Shown one piece after another: positions 16,362-24,388 of a stretch of DNA of 53,220 bases. The translations under genes and the position numbers were made by a program. The DNA comes from a virus: the IMG/VR virus record IMGVR_UViG_3300045988_099701, positions 1 to 53,220 of that record; one strand, 5' to 3'. Positions within the stretch are counted from its first letter, which is position 1; the number at the start of each line of letters is the position of its first letter. Under the pieces are notes generated by a model, which was not told the origin of the DNA, searched no databases, and worked only from the letters and a program-made list of their open reading frames with translations.

Positions 16362-16637
16362 ATGGGGAGAAGGGCGGAAGGGCGGCCAACTATCGCCGAC
16401 TATACGGTATGGACAAATGAACTGAGCCGGGAAGAACTGATGATAATTATACACGGCATATGCAATCATCGGATCAACCAAGCGAAGAGGAAGCTCCAGT
16501 TTTTGCGGGCGCAGCGCGGCAGGCGCCGAGCCACGCGGGGTAAATACAGGGAACCGAATCCGCCTATTTCGTGGCGGAGGTTTAAAACAAAGGAAAGAGA
16601 TCATATTGACGGACGGCAGCTGGAGTTGCCATTTTAA
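16362..16637 (+). CDS. hypothetical basic protein (91 aa)
   Basis: ATG 16362 in the frame of track ORF 16197..16637; arginine-rich; weak support. Confidence 0.3.
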   Translation: MGRRAEGRPTIADYTVWTNELSREELMIIIHGICNHRINQAKRKLQFLRAQRGRRRATRGKYREPNPPISWRRFKTKERDHIDGRQLELPF

Positions 16638-16651
16638 ATAATTAGGTGGAT

Positions 16652-16930
16652 ATGGAACAAGATATTTATGAAGAATTAAAGAGTATAAAGCAGTATCTAT
16701 TGTTGGGAGCTAAAAGCGCCTTAAATATGGATGATGCAGCTTTACTTACCGGGTTGTCAAAATCTCGCTTATATTGTCTCGTCAGTAAAAAACAAGTTCC
16801 TCATTATAAAAAAGGCAAATCAACCTACTTTAACAAAAAAGAATTAGAAAACTGGATGCTTCAAATTAGAGTGTCTACGGATGAGGAAGTAAAGCAACAA
16901 GCCGCACAATATGTATATAATAAAAATTGA
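16652..16930 (+). CDS. excisionase-type helix-turn-helix protein (HTH_17/MerR-like)
   Basis: LNMDDAALLTGLSKSRLYCLVSKKQVPHYKKGKSTYFNKKELENWM matches Bacteroidota Xis/AlpA-like HTH proteins; AT-rich gene. Confidence 0.7.
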   Translation: MEQDIYEELKSIKQYLLLGAKSALNMDDAALLTGLSKSRLYCLVSKKQVPHYKKGKSTYFNKKELENWMLQIRVSTDEEVKQQAAQYVYNKN

Positions 16931-17031
16931 GTATATTTGTTGTGCGAGATTTGTGTAGCAAAGGGTCTGTTGGATACTTTTTGTTACTCGTTTGTTACCT
17001 GATTTCCTCAAATATGATCTAAGTGTTTGAT

Positions 17032-17331
17032 TTACATTATATATAATATATTATCTACGATAAGTTCGCACTGTATTTCGAATATAGGGTGGCTGTATCG
17101 CTTGCGTTCATCGAACCCGGAGACCATCTTCTCTATGGCGCGTCGGGAGAACCGCATCATCCGGGCGATGTCGGTGGTGTACATGCCGTTCTTATGGCAG
17201 AAGTGTACGAGCATGTAGCGCGCATCGACCACATCTTGAAATTTATCCTTCGAAAGGATTTGTTCCTTAGCTATTTCAGTTTCAAATGCAACACATTCGA
17301 GTATTTGTGCAAAAAGCTCTGATTTACGCAT
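17032..17331 (-). CDS. DnaA C-terminal-domain-like HTH protein
   Basis: SKDKFQDVVDARYMLVHFCHKNGMYTTDIARMMRFSRRAIEKMV resembles the DnaA domain IV HTH. Confidence 0.5.
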   Translation of the reverse strand: MRKSELFAQILECVAFETEIAKEQILSKDKFQDVVDARYMLVHFCHKNGMYTTDIARMMRFSRRAIEKMVSGFDERKRYSHPIFEIQCELIVDNILYIM

Positions 17332-17362
17332 ATACTTTCCCGATTTTTTATTATAAATTTGT

Positions 17363-17446
17363 TATACCACTATACAAAAAGCCAACACACCGATTCAAGG
17401 AATAAGTCCTCAATGTGGTGCGTTGGCACAATCGTATAGTGGTATA
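17363..17446. repeat. 84-nt imperfect hairpin (13-bp outer plus 11-bp inner stem)
   Basis: tataccactatac 17363..17375 pairs with gtatagtggtata 17434..17446; gccaacacacc 17381..17391 pairs with ggtgcgttggc 17417..17427 (1 mismatch). Confidence 0.7.
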
Positions 17447-17537
17447 TGCGGGAAAGCGTTGGGGACTTTTTTATGCCCGTACCCCAAGGCCCGTTATTCG
17501 GTTACAACCGATGGGAAGTCATCCCAGTATATGTAAA

Positions 17538-17858
17538 TCATCTCTTCCATTGCGCGTAGTGTTTTCGTATTTCAAGGTATTCAGGGTTATCTTCATGGGC
17601 ATATGCTTCCTGTTCGAAAGTTATCCTTCGGTACTTGAAGCCGTGAAATACCCAATCCAATAGGTAGACGATGTAGAAGGGCACATATAACAGTTCTCTC
17701 ATCTGTGCGGTGTGTATCGCTTCGTGGTTTTTATTTTTATCCGACAACGGGCGGGCGGACTTGCGGGCAAATACGATCCCGAACAGATTGATAGCCTTGT
17801 ATCCCTTGAAGGGGATGATGTCGTTATAAATTATCTTCATACCTGTCAGAATTGCCAT
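17538..17858 (-). CDS. putative HExxH metallopeptidase-like protein (paralog of 12006..12455)
   Basis: IPFKGYKA..., HEAIH, FEQEAYAHEDNPEYL; last gene of the leftward block. Confidence 0.6.
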   Translation of the reverse strand: MAILTGMKIIYNDIIPFKGYKAINLFGIVFARKSARPLSDKNKNHEAIHTAQMRELLYVPFYIVYLLDWVFHGFKYRRITFEQEAYAHEDNPEYLEIRKHYAQWKR

Positions 17859-18352
17859 AAAATAACACCTACTCCTACGCCGACCGTAGGCTGGAACCCT
17901 TGCGGCGTATACGCCGCCCCGACCCCGGCAGTCAGGGCGAAGCGGCTCCGCCGGGTGACTACCTGCTGTCGGGTGGTCGTGCGGTCGTATGTTTCTATCC
18001 AGTCGAGCGTCGGCCGCAGGTTGCCGATCCGGGGCCCGCTGACCTGTGCCCGGTAGGTGCTGTCCGAGTAGGGGCGCGTTTCCATCGCCACCTTCATCTG
18101 CACGCTGTCTGCCCCGACTTTCACAACGACGGTCTCCGTTACCGTGTCGGGCGGCGCGAAGAGCAACACCGGCACAGAGATGTCGGCGAAGCGGTACGTG
18201 CCGGGCAGCGGCTCCGGCCGCGGGTAGAACACCGTGTCGATGCGCGTTGTTTCTTCGACAACCACCGACGCGGCGCCCCGGCGGTATCCCCAGCCGAAGA
18301 GGAGCGCCCCGACCGCAAGGGCGGCGAGCAGGTAGAGGAGCAATCTTTTCAT
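17846..18352 (-). CDS. membrane-anchored lysis-cassette protein (spanin-like)
   Basis: ATG 18352 overlaps the endolysin stop (ATGA); MKRLLLYLLAALAVGALLFGW signal/anchor; position follows holin and endolysin. Confidence 0.55.
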   Translation of the reverse strand: MKRLLLYLLAALAVGALLFGWGYRRGAASVVVEETTRIDTVFYPRPEPLPGTYRFADISVPVLLFAPPDTVTETVVVKVGADSVQMKVAMETRPYSDSTYRAQVSGPRIGNLRPTLDWIETYDRTTTRQQVVTRRSRFALTAGVGAAYTPQGFQPTVGVGVGVILWQF

Positions 18353-18759
18353 GCCTTTACGAACAAATCCCACCCGGCCTGCACGTCGAGCATCTTGGCC
18401 TCGACGCCGTTCTCTACGAACGACATCGCAGCTACGATGGGAACCATCACGTCGCGGTTGGTCGTGGTGATCCGGCTGTCGGCGGGCACCCCCGATCTTT
18501 CCGCCACGGTGCGGACATAGACGTCCGTGTGGTTCTCCTCCGACGGGGCCCAGCGGCCGATCATCTTGCGGATCGTGTCCAACCCGTAGTTACGCTGGTA
18601 GTTGTTCAACAACTTGAAGGCAGCCCGATAGCCGTATGCCACCGTCGTAAACTGCGCAAAACGCTTGTCTTTCGACGGTACGACCTCGCCCTGCCAGGGA
18701 TTGCCGCCCCGTGTCTTCTCGATGTTGAGCGGGTTGTTGTTTCTGAGCCCTCGTGTCAT
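18349..18759 (-). CDS. putative endolysin (phi6 P5-like muramidase family)
   Basis: MTRGLRNNNPLNIEKTRGGNPWQGEV... N-terminus typical of Bacteroidota phage lysins annotated as P5-like; flanked by TM proteins. Confidence 0.65.
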   Translation of the reverse strand: MTRGLRNNNPLNIEKTRGGNPWQGEVVPSKDKRFAQFTTVAYGYRAAFKLLNNYQRNYGLDTIRKMIGRWAPSEENHTDVYVRTVAERSGVPADSRITTTNRDVMVPIVAAMSFVENGVEAKMLDVQAGWDLFVKA

Positions 18760-18905
18760 TGCGCGAGGTGTTTAGTGTACAGGATATGCCCGACCCATCC
18801 GGCCATAGCACAAATAACCCCCACGAGGATGTAACGCGGGAATACGATTCCGAGCACTACGGCCACGGCCGCAACGATGCTCCATACGATCCATTTCTTT
18901 TTCAT
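18756..18905 (-). CDS. small two-TM membrane protein (49 aa), possible holin partner/antiholin
   Basis: MKKKWIVWSIVAAVAVVLGIVFPRYILVGVICAMAGWVGHILYTKHLAQ; ATGA overlaps at both ends. Confidence 0.45.
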   Translation of the reverse strand: MKKKWIVWSIVAAVAVVLGIVFPRYILVGVICAMAGWVGHILYTKHLAQ

Positions 18906-19381
18906 TTGTCCTTTTGTTTTTGTTTGTAGTTTTCCAAATAGGGAATCTTTTTAATCATCTCGAACGAGAGCACATAGTACAGGAAGTCGATGTATCGGTT
19001 CTTCGGGAATATGCGGTTCAGGTTCTTGAGGATGTTGACCCCATAGAAATATATCAGGGCATATACTGCGAGCGAGATCGCCGACATCGCCCCGTCGTGG
19101 TTGTCGATGTTGTCCCCGACGAGCAGTATCATGGCCATCAGTCCCGATATTACCGCAGCCTCGGATATGCACTTGAAAGCCTTGCGGAATATGAATCCTT
19201 CGTGCTGTACGAGCACGCCGGCGAACAGGCCCGTGAAAAAGTTCGCGGCGAATATAATCATGCAGGCCGTCAGTATGTCGTGTATGGGGGCTATGGCGTT
19301 GAACATGTACACCAGGGCACCGATCAACACCTGCCATACTTTTCCGCAGAGCCTTTCTATAAATCTCCACAATGCTTCCAT
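18902..19381 (-). CDS. putative holin (multi-TM, phage_holin_4-like)
   Basis: 159 aa with about 4 hydrophobic helices and a charged C-terminal tail KQKQKDK; immediately upstream of the lysin. Confidence 0.6.
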   Translation of the reverse strand: MEALWRFIERLCGKVWQVLIGALVYMFNAIAPIHDILTACMIIFAANFFTGLFAGVLVQHEGFIFRKAFKCISEAAVISGLMAMILLVGDNIDNHDGAMSAISLAVYALIYFYGVNILKNLNRIFPKNRYIDFLYYVLSFEMIKKIPYLENYKQKQKDK

Positions 19382-19391
19382 AGAGTGTATT

Positions 19392-19580
19392 CTATTGTTC
19401 GGGCAACACGTTCGTCTGCGCCTGGGGCGCCGCTTCCGACTTCTCCAATTCTGCGATCCTCTGTTCGAGCCGTTGCAGCACCGCGGCTAAAGTTTCTCCT
19501 TCGGAAACAAGCACGGCCTCGGCTACGGTTACGGGATAGAACGGCTCGCCGTTGGGCTTGTTGGTCATATACATCTTCAT
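19392..19580 (-). CDS. hypothetical protein (62 aa)
   Basis: Track ORF; start overlaps the upstream gene's stop. Confidence 0.45.
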   Translation of the reverse strand: MKMYMTNKPNGEPFYPVTVAEAVLVSEGETLAAVLQRLEQRIAELEKSEAAPQAQTNVLPEQ

Positions 19581-19843
19581 TGCTCAATATTTTGAAAGTC
19601 CATAACCGTTTCTTCGGCGGCCAGCTCTTCGGCACGCCGGGCTTTGAGCTCCGCAAGGGTCTTTTCGTTCGCGTTGTACTCCGCGTTGGCCGCTTCGTAC
19701 TCCTCATAATCCAGAGGATAGGTAGCCCGAAAGTCAAGGCCGGACTTACTGCATTTGGCCGCCCTGTCGTCGGACTTGGCCATGACTGCCCGTAATTCGA
19801 GCTGCCGCGATTCGAGGATGTCGATCTGTCGTTGTGTTTCCAT
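19577..19843 (-). CDS. hypothetical coiled-coil protein (88 aa)
   Basis: Track ORF. Confidence 0.5.
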   Translation of the reverse strand: METQRQIDILESRQLELRAVMAKSDDRAAKCSKSGLDFRATYPLDYEEYEAANAEYNANEKTLAELKARRAEELAAEETVMDFQNIEQ

Positions 19844-19854
19844 GGTTCAGATAA

Positions 19855-21174
19855 TTATAAGGCGCAGACCGGGCGGGCTGCGAATTTATAAATCTTGCCG
19901 GTGTAGCCCACGGTGCCAGCGCCTCCACTGTAAATAAATATGCCTCCCTGCGCCTGCTCGCACGAAGTATGGACATGATAATTATAACCATAGCACATGG
20001 TAGCTTTCAAGCGTAAGAGGGTACGGTTTACGGGGTCTTTCTCCACGTCAGCGACGAAACGCACCCTGTCGTGCATCAGCAGGTAGACCTCTTCCGACGA
20101 CGGCAGCCACCATGCACCCGCCTCCAGTCCCGTCGTCATCCCTTCCACGGTGATGCCGAAGTCGAGAGCGGCCGCAGCGGCTGGGTAGCGGTACTGTGTC
20201 TTACCATAAATGTCCTCGAAGGTAAGCCGTCCGATCAGGTTCGTGTTGATCTTGCCATCCTGCAACATCGTCCCGAACGCCGTAGGATATTGTACCATGT
20301 GCTCGGCGAACAGGTAGTCCTTGTAGGTGGGATACACGGCAACCAGATCGGGGTTGTCGACTTCGGTGAAAACGCTTTCCTGAATGATTATGTCGCTTCC
20401 CGGCTTCTGCCCCGTGGCTTTCTGGCCTCTCTCCGAATAATATTCCGCGAACTGGTCGAGGACACCACCCGCCGCAGTCCCTTTCGCACCATTCTTGCGG
20501 CGGATGTAATACTCCGCTTCACCCGTGTCCAGGATTAGGATACTTTGGTAATCCACATCCACGGCGCGGCGCGTCAACGTGCAGCCTGTTGCCGAAATCT
20601 TTTTGTGCCCCTCTATCGTAGACCATGCATCACATGTCATGACAACCGCGGAAAGCTCTTCGGAGGCCGAGGCCACCCAGGAGTATGTAGCTTTGAGTTC
20701 CGGTTTAGAATTTATAAGTGCGGCAATGTCTGCCAATGTCGAACCCGCAGGGTACGTAAACGAGAATTCGCGGATATAAATGTTCAGCGTGAATTCACCG
20801 CCCGCGGCGAGGTTGAAGCCCGACAATGCCACCTCATAGCTATATGCCCATCTAACTTCGGATGCCGCGTTGCGGAGCGACACGATCAGCACCCGCTCGC
20901 CCTGCCGGGCATAGACCACGGCCACCGGGACAAGCTGCGGCGGCAGCTGCTCTGCAACAAGCGTCGCACCCTTGACGAAGCGGATAGTTCCCGTGGTCTT
21001 GTCGAAGACCGCAAGGTCACCAACCCCGGCGGCCGGCTTGTCCACTACGACGTTCACGCCGTCGTAGATGAGCGCCCCGTCGTCCTCGATGTAGGATACC
21101 GCCGACTGTGTGTCCTTGCGATTCTTGTCGGCCGTGTAACCCGCCTTGTTGGCGTATTTGTTGACTTGTGACAT
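19855..21174 (-). CDS. tail fibre / receptor-binding candidate with DUF1566-like (C-type-lectin/FGE fold) C-terminus
   Basis: AWWLPSSEEVYLLM ... KIYKFAARPVCAL resembles DUF1566 ends; position in the distal tail module. Confidence 0.5.
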   Translation of the reverse strand: MSQVNKYANKAGYTADKNRKDTQSAVSYIEDDGALIYDGVNVVVDKPAAGVGDLAVFDKTTGTIRFVKGATLVAEQLPPQLVPVAVVYARQGERVLIVSLRNAASEVRWAYSYEVALSGFNLAAGGEFTLNIYIREFSFTYPAGSTLADIAALINSKPELKATYSWVASASEELSAVVMTCDAWSTIEGHKKISATGCTLTRRAVDVDYQSILILDTGEAEYYIRRKNGAKGTAAGGVLDQFAEYYSERGQKATGQKPGSDIIIQESVFTEVDNPDLVAVYPTYKDYLFAEHMVQYPTAFGTMLQDGKINTNLIGRLTFEDIYGKTQYRYPAAAAALDFGITVEGMTTGLEAGAWWLPSSEEVYLLMHDRVRFVADVEKDPVNRTLLRLKATMCYGYNYHVHTSCEQAQGGIFIYSGGAGTVGYTGKIYKFAARPVCAL

Positions 21175-21186
21175 GTTGTATGTAGT

Positions 21187-24090
21187 TTAAGCGTTCTTCC
21201 AGTCCGACACCGCGCCGTTACCCACGGAGTGGTAGACCGCGTTGTTCTTCGTATCGACATAGAACTGCCCTGCGCGGTCGGGGGCTTTCGTCGGCGCACC
21301 CTCGCCCGTGACGACGAGGTTGTTGTCGCCCCACACGCCCAGTTTTTTCACCTGCAACTCCGGGATCAGCACTTTGCCCGAGAGCATTTCCATGAGCAGC
21401 CTTTCGAGGTGCGTCACGCGCGCTTCGAGCGTGCAGTCCGAGTGCGCGATAACCGAAATTTCGCTGAACGAAGCATCCGACCACGGCGTGAGCTTGTGCC
21501 TGGACAAGAAGTCGGCATCGGTGATCTCCGGCCCCGTGGTATAGTAGGTGTTGCCCAGCAGCGTGACGTCGACCTGCGTGAAGGGAGCGCCGCCCTTCAC
21601 GTCGGGCATGTAGAGCGCTTTGGTTCCGTCGAGCGACAGCAGGCGGCAGCCGATGATCTCGACGGCCATATTTTTCGCCGCAGCATCGGTGCTTGCGTGG
21701 ATGGTGGCCGCGCCCGTCGAAGTGCCTACGTGCGTGTCGCTGACGCACTCGCAGCCGTCTAACCGAATGGTCTGGTTGTCGGCAAGGCCCGCGCCGACGG
21801 GTGAATGGCACGTACTGAAGAGTTTGCAGTTCCGAATCGTCGTGAAATATCGCTCAGATGCGGCAAAGACCGAATCGATATGTATGCAGTAGCAGGCTTG
21901 GTGACCGCCGGCGCTGGCGTCCGTATAACTCTCGTCGTTCAGGCAGTTGACGGTCATGTTGGCGATGGTGCATTCGCCGCCCGCCTCGATGATCTTGGCG
22001 CGGTTCACGGAGTTGTTCTCATACGAGACGATGACGCCGTCGCGGCTCTCGCCGATAAGCGATATGCGGTTCGCCCCCTTGTTGATGATCGCATACGGGT
22101 AACCCATCGCCACATTCTTCGGGGCCTCGTGATCGTAAAGGCCGTTGCGGATAAACACCGTAACCGCGTTGTTCACGACATCGAAGGCGTCCCTTGCGAA
22201 GTCGCACGCCTGCGCGACCGAGAAGAAATGCCCCGTCCCGCCCTCGTCCACGGTGAAGGAGTCCGTGTCGAAGTTTTTCAGCGTGGCCCGGCTCTCGGCA
22301 TCGCACCATGCGTCATAGTTATTGAGCGTGACGATCAAATCCTCGATGGTGACCTTCTGGCCGATATTGGTGGCTGCGGGTATGCTGGTGCCCACATTCA
22401 GCCCTCCCGCTACCGACGCCGCCTTGCCGCGGTAGTAGATTTCGTAGGTGCGGTCTGCCTTGAGGACGAACCAGCGGCCCCGCTGGTCGAGATTGTCCGA
22501 ATAGGTAATGATCCGCAAAGAGCACTCTTTGTCCACGCGCAGCTTCATGCGCACGAAAATAAAGTCCGAAGCTGCGACCGGGATGCGGCTGGTCAGGGAG
22601 AAGTTCGACGTCACGCCTGACTGCGTAGGCGTAACGACCATGCTCCGATCCGTGATGTCCGAGCCCGTATTGTTATAATAGCTCTTCGTAAAGTCCTTGA
22701 GGATGTAGGCTACGTGGTCTTTGTAGCCTAATTCAGTATTCAATTCTTCCGAAGTCACATATCCGGAATCATTTTCCAGTTCGGACAGTTTCGTGGGAAG
22801 CTCCGTGCGGTCGGCCTTGCCCTGAATCATCTCCTGCAATGCAAGTGTCAACTTGTCCCAGGATACGGTGTTGTTGAGCAGGGAGGCGCGGATTTCGGAG
22901 CCTTCGACCGTAACCTGTATCTCGGAACCGATAGAGCCGACATATACTTTCACGAAGTCAGAAACCGGGATGGAGGATATGGAGCCGTCGGCATTTACGA
23001 ACTCGATAGATTGGGTATCCTCGTTGTAATGCAGCCCCATCATCTCGATAGGCAGGTCGATGATGAACTTGGCACCGCCCTTTGTCGTGAAGGTCAGCTC
23101 GTAGGTTTTGTCGTTGAACTCCGGCATTCCTACGCAGGTGTTGAGCAGTTCCCGGATGTCGGGATGCGCCGTGGGGGAGGTGTTGTGCCGCTCGATCTGG
23201 CCGCTGACGTCCGGGGTGGGAATTTCTGAGATCGCCTTGTCCGTATAGTTTTTGGCCTCGGTCAGTGTCTGCGCATCCCCGCCGGATATGTTGCTGTTGA
23301 GCTCCTCGGACGTGGCGTCAAACACATCGCTGACATTATTCCATAGTTCTGTTGTCTTGGTGTCCGTGTACGACTTTGCTTCAGCCAGTGCGCCCGCCGC
23401 AGCCTCCGTCAGCTCCTTTTTGGACACCTTGTCGGACAACTCCTTCCTTATCTCCGTGTCGTCGTAGTTGGAGAGCCCGGCCAGCTTCTCCTTCTCCTGG
23501 TCAGTGTAGTCGTTCGTAGAAAGCCCTTTCCCTTCTTCCTTGTCGACCTTTGCGGCAAGGAGTTTGTCAATATCCCCTACCTTATTTACAGCGTCATTTG
23601 CCGCTTTTGCCGCTTCGTTCGCGGCGTTTGCAGCGTTAATAGGGGCTTCGGCATATTCTTCCTCCGTAAGTTCGGAATTCGGGTTGTATTTCTTGAATGC
23701 CTCGTAAGCACTCTCGCCGGGCAATCCGATAACAAGGCTTGACGCCTCAAGGTTGACAGTTTCCGTTGTAAGGTTGCTTTCGTCTTCGCCACCTTCCAAA
23801 AGTGTCGTAGGAACCAATTCGAAGGCCTTGCAGTAGTCGACCGCCGTTTGCCCTCTCTTCTGCAAATTCTCCCACATGGTGAGACGGTACACCCCGATGG
23901 ATTTTTGCATTGCTCCGCTGATGGTGAAAATCGCGGTGTTGCCTTCGGTGGTGAAATCGACGGGAATGTCCATATGCGAAGGCAAATGGACGAAGAGTCT
24001 CAGGTCGCGCCCTTCGAGTGCTACCTGCTGCCCATTGGTGAGTATCGGCCAATGTATCTCTATGTCCTTGCCTATCCGGATGCGTTTCAT
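21187..24090 (-). CDS. tail spike/fibre with coiled-coil shaft and pectin-lyase-like beta-helix domain (possible depolymerase)
   Basis: 967 aa; repeated KA..A..YTD.K shaft motifs; C-terminal half ...IINKGANRISLIGESRDGVIVSYENN...TIANMTVNC...TIRNCKLFS...IIGCRLLS typical of right-handed beta-helices. Confidence 0.6.
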   Translation of the reverse strand: MKRIRIGKDIEIHWPILTNGQQVALEGRDLRLFVHLPSHMDIPVDFTTEGNTAIFTISGAMQKSIGVYRLTMWENLQKRGQTAVDYCKAFELVPTTLLEGGEDESNLTTETVNLEASSLVIGLPGESAYEAFKKYNPNSELTEEEYAEAPINAANAANEAAKAANDAVNKVGDIDKLLAAKVDKEEGKGLSTNDYTDQEKEKLAGLSNYDDTEIRKELSDKVSKKELTEAAAGALAEAKSYTDTKTTELWNNVSDVFDATSEELNSNISGGDAQTLTEAKNYTDKAISEIPTPDVSGQIERHNTSPTAHPDIRELLNTCVGMPEFNDKTYELTFTTKGGAKFIIDLPIEMMGLHYNEDTQSIEFVNADGSISSIPVSDFVKVYVGSIGSEIQVTVEGSEIRASLLNNTVSWDKLTLALQEMIQGKADRTELPTKLSELENDSGYVTSEELNTELGYKDHVAYILKDFTKSYYNNTGSDITDRSMVVTPTQSGVTSNFSLTSRIPVAASDFIFVRMKLRVDKECSLRIITYSDNLDQRGRWFVLKADRTYEIYYRGKAASVAGGLNVGTSIPAATNIGQKVTIEDLIVTLNNYDAWCDAESRATLKNFDTDSFTVDEGGTGHFFSVAQACDFARDAFDVVNNAVTVFIRNGLYDHEAPKNVAMGYPYAIINKGANRISLIGESRDGVIVSYENNSVNRAKIIEAGGECTIANMTVNCLNDESYTDASAGGHQACYCIHIDSVFAASERYFTTIRNCKLFSTCHSPVGAGLADNQTIRLDGCECVSDTHVGTSTGAATIHASTDAAAKNMAVEIIGCRLLSLDGTKALYMPDVKGGAPFTQVDVTLLGNTYYTTGPEITDADFLSRHKLTPWSDASFSEISVIAHSDCTLEARVTHLERLLMEMLSGKVLIPELQVKKLGVWGDNNLVVTGEGAPTKAPDRAGQFYVDTKNNAVYHSVGNGAVSDWKNA

Positions 24091-24105
24091 ATTCCTTTCG
24101 AGCGT

Positions 24106-24372
24106 TTATTCTTTTTTGAGAGCGGACATGATACTGTCGTAGAAGACCGCCTTGCACATCTTTGCGGTATCAACGATAATCAATTCCTCCTCGTCGGAAA
24201 CTTCGATGCCGCCTTCGCTGTGGAGGATGCGGAATGCCAGGTCATGCGCTACGATGCCGTTCATGCCCATGTATATGGCGTTGGCAAACTCTTTCCGGGC
24301 GTCGACGACAATATGCCCGGCGCGGGAAATATCGGTGAACAGTTTAAATTCTTTTAAATTCAATGCTTTCAT
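24106..24372 (-). CDS. hypothetical protein (88 aa)
   Basis: Track ORF between two tail genes. Confidence 0.5.
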   Translation of the reverse strand: MKALNLKEFKLFTDISRAGHIVVDARKEFANAIYMGMNGIVAHDLAFRILHSEGGIEVSDEEELIIVDTAKMCKAVFYDSIMSALKKE

Positions 24373-24388
24373 ATATCCTGTTTTTGTG

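Noticed and set aside
16652-16930. Integration module (excisionase plus integrase)
   Set aside because: Only the small HTH_17-type protein is present. Neighbouring ORFs are too small and lack the recombinase R..HxxR..Y or serine-recombinase motifs.
16933-16940. TATATTTG -7-like box right after the Xis-like gene on the plus strand
   Set aside because: There is no downstream plus-strand gene, since it faces the convergent minus-strand block. This is probably a chance match in AT-rich DNA.
17900-19795. Long plus-strand ORFs (17900..18520 206 aa, 18046..18834 262 aa, 18914..19795 293 aa)
   Set aside because: They are antisense to the lysis cassette. Their composition is Arg/Pro/Gly-rich, typical of stop-free frames in GC-rich DNA. 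The minus-strand genes have recognisable holin, lysin and TM features and ATGA coupling.
19855-20010. Diversity-generating retroelement target: DUF1566/CLec-like C-terminus rich in Y/N/H/S/G (CYGYNYHVHTSC...)
   Set aside because: I found no reverse transcriptase gene and no template-repeat copy of this segment anywhere in the window. The resemblance to a variable region is compositional only.
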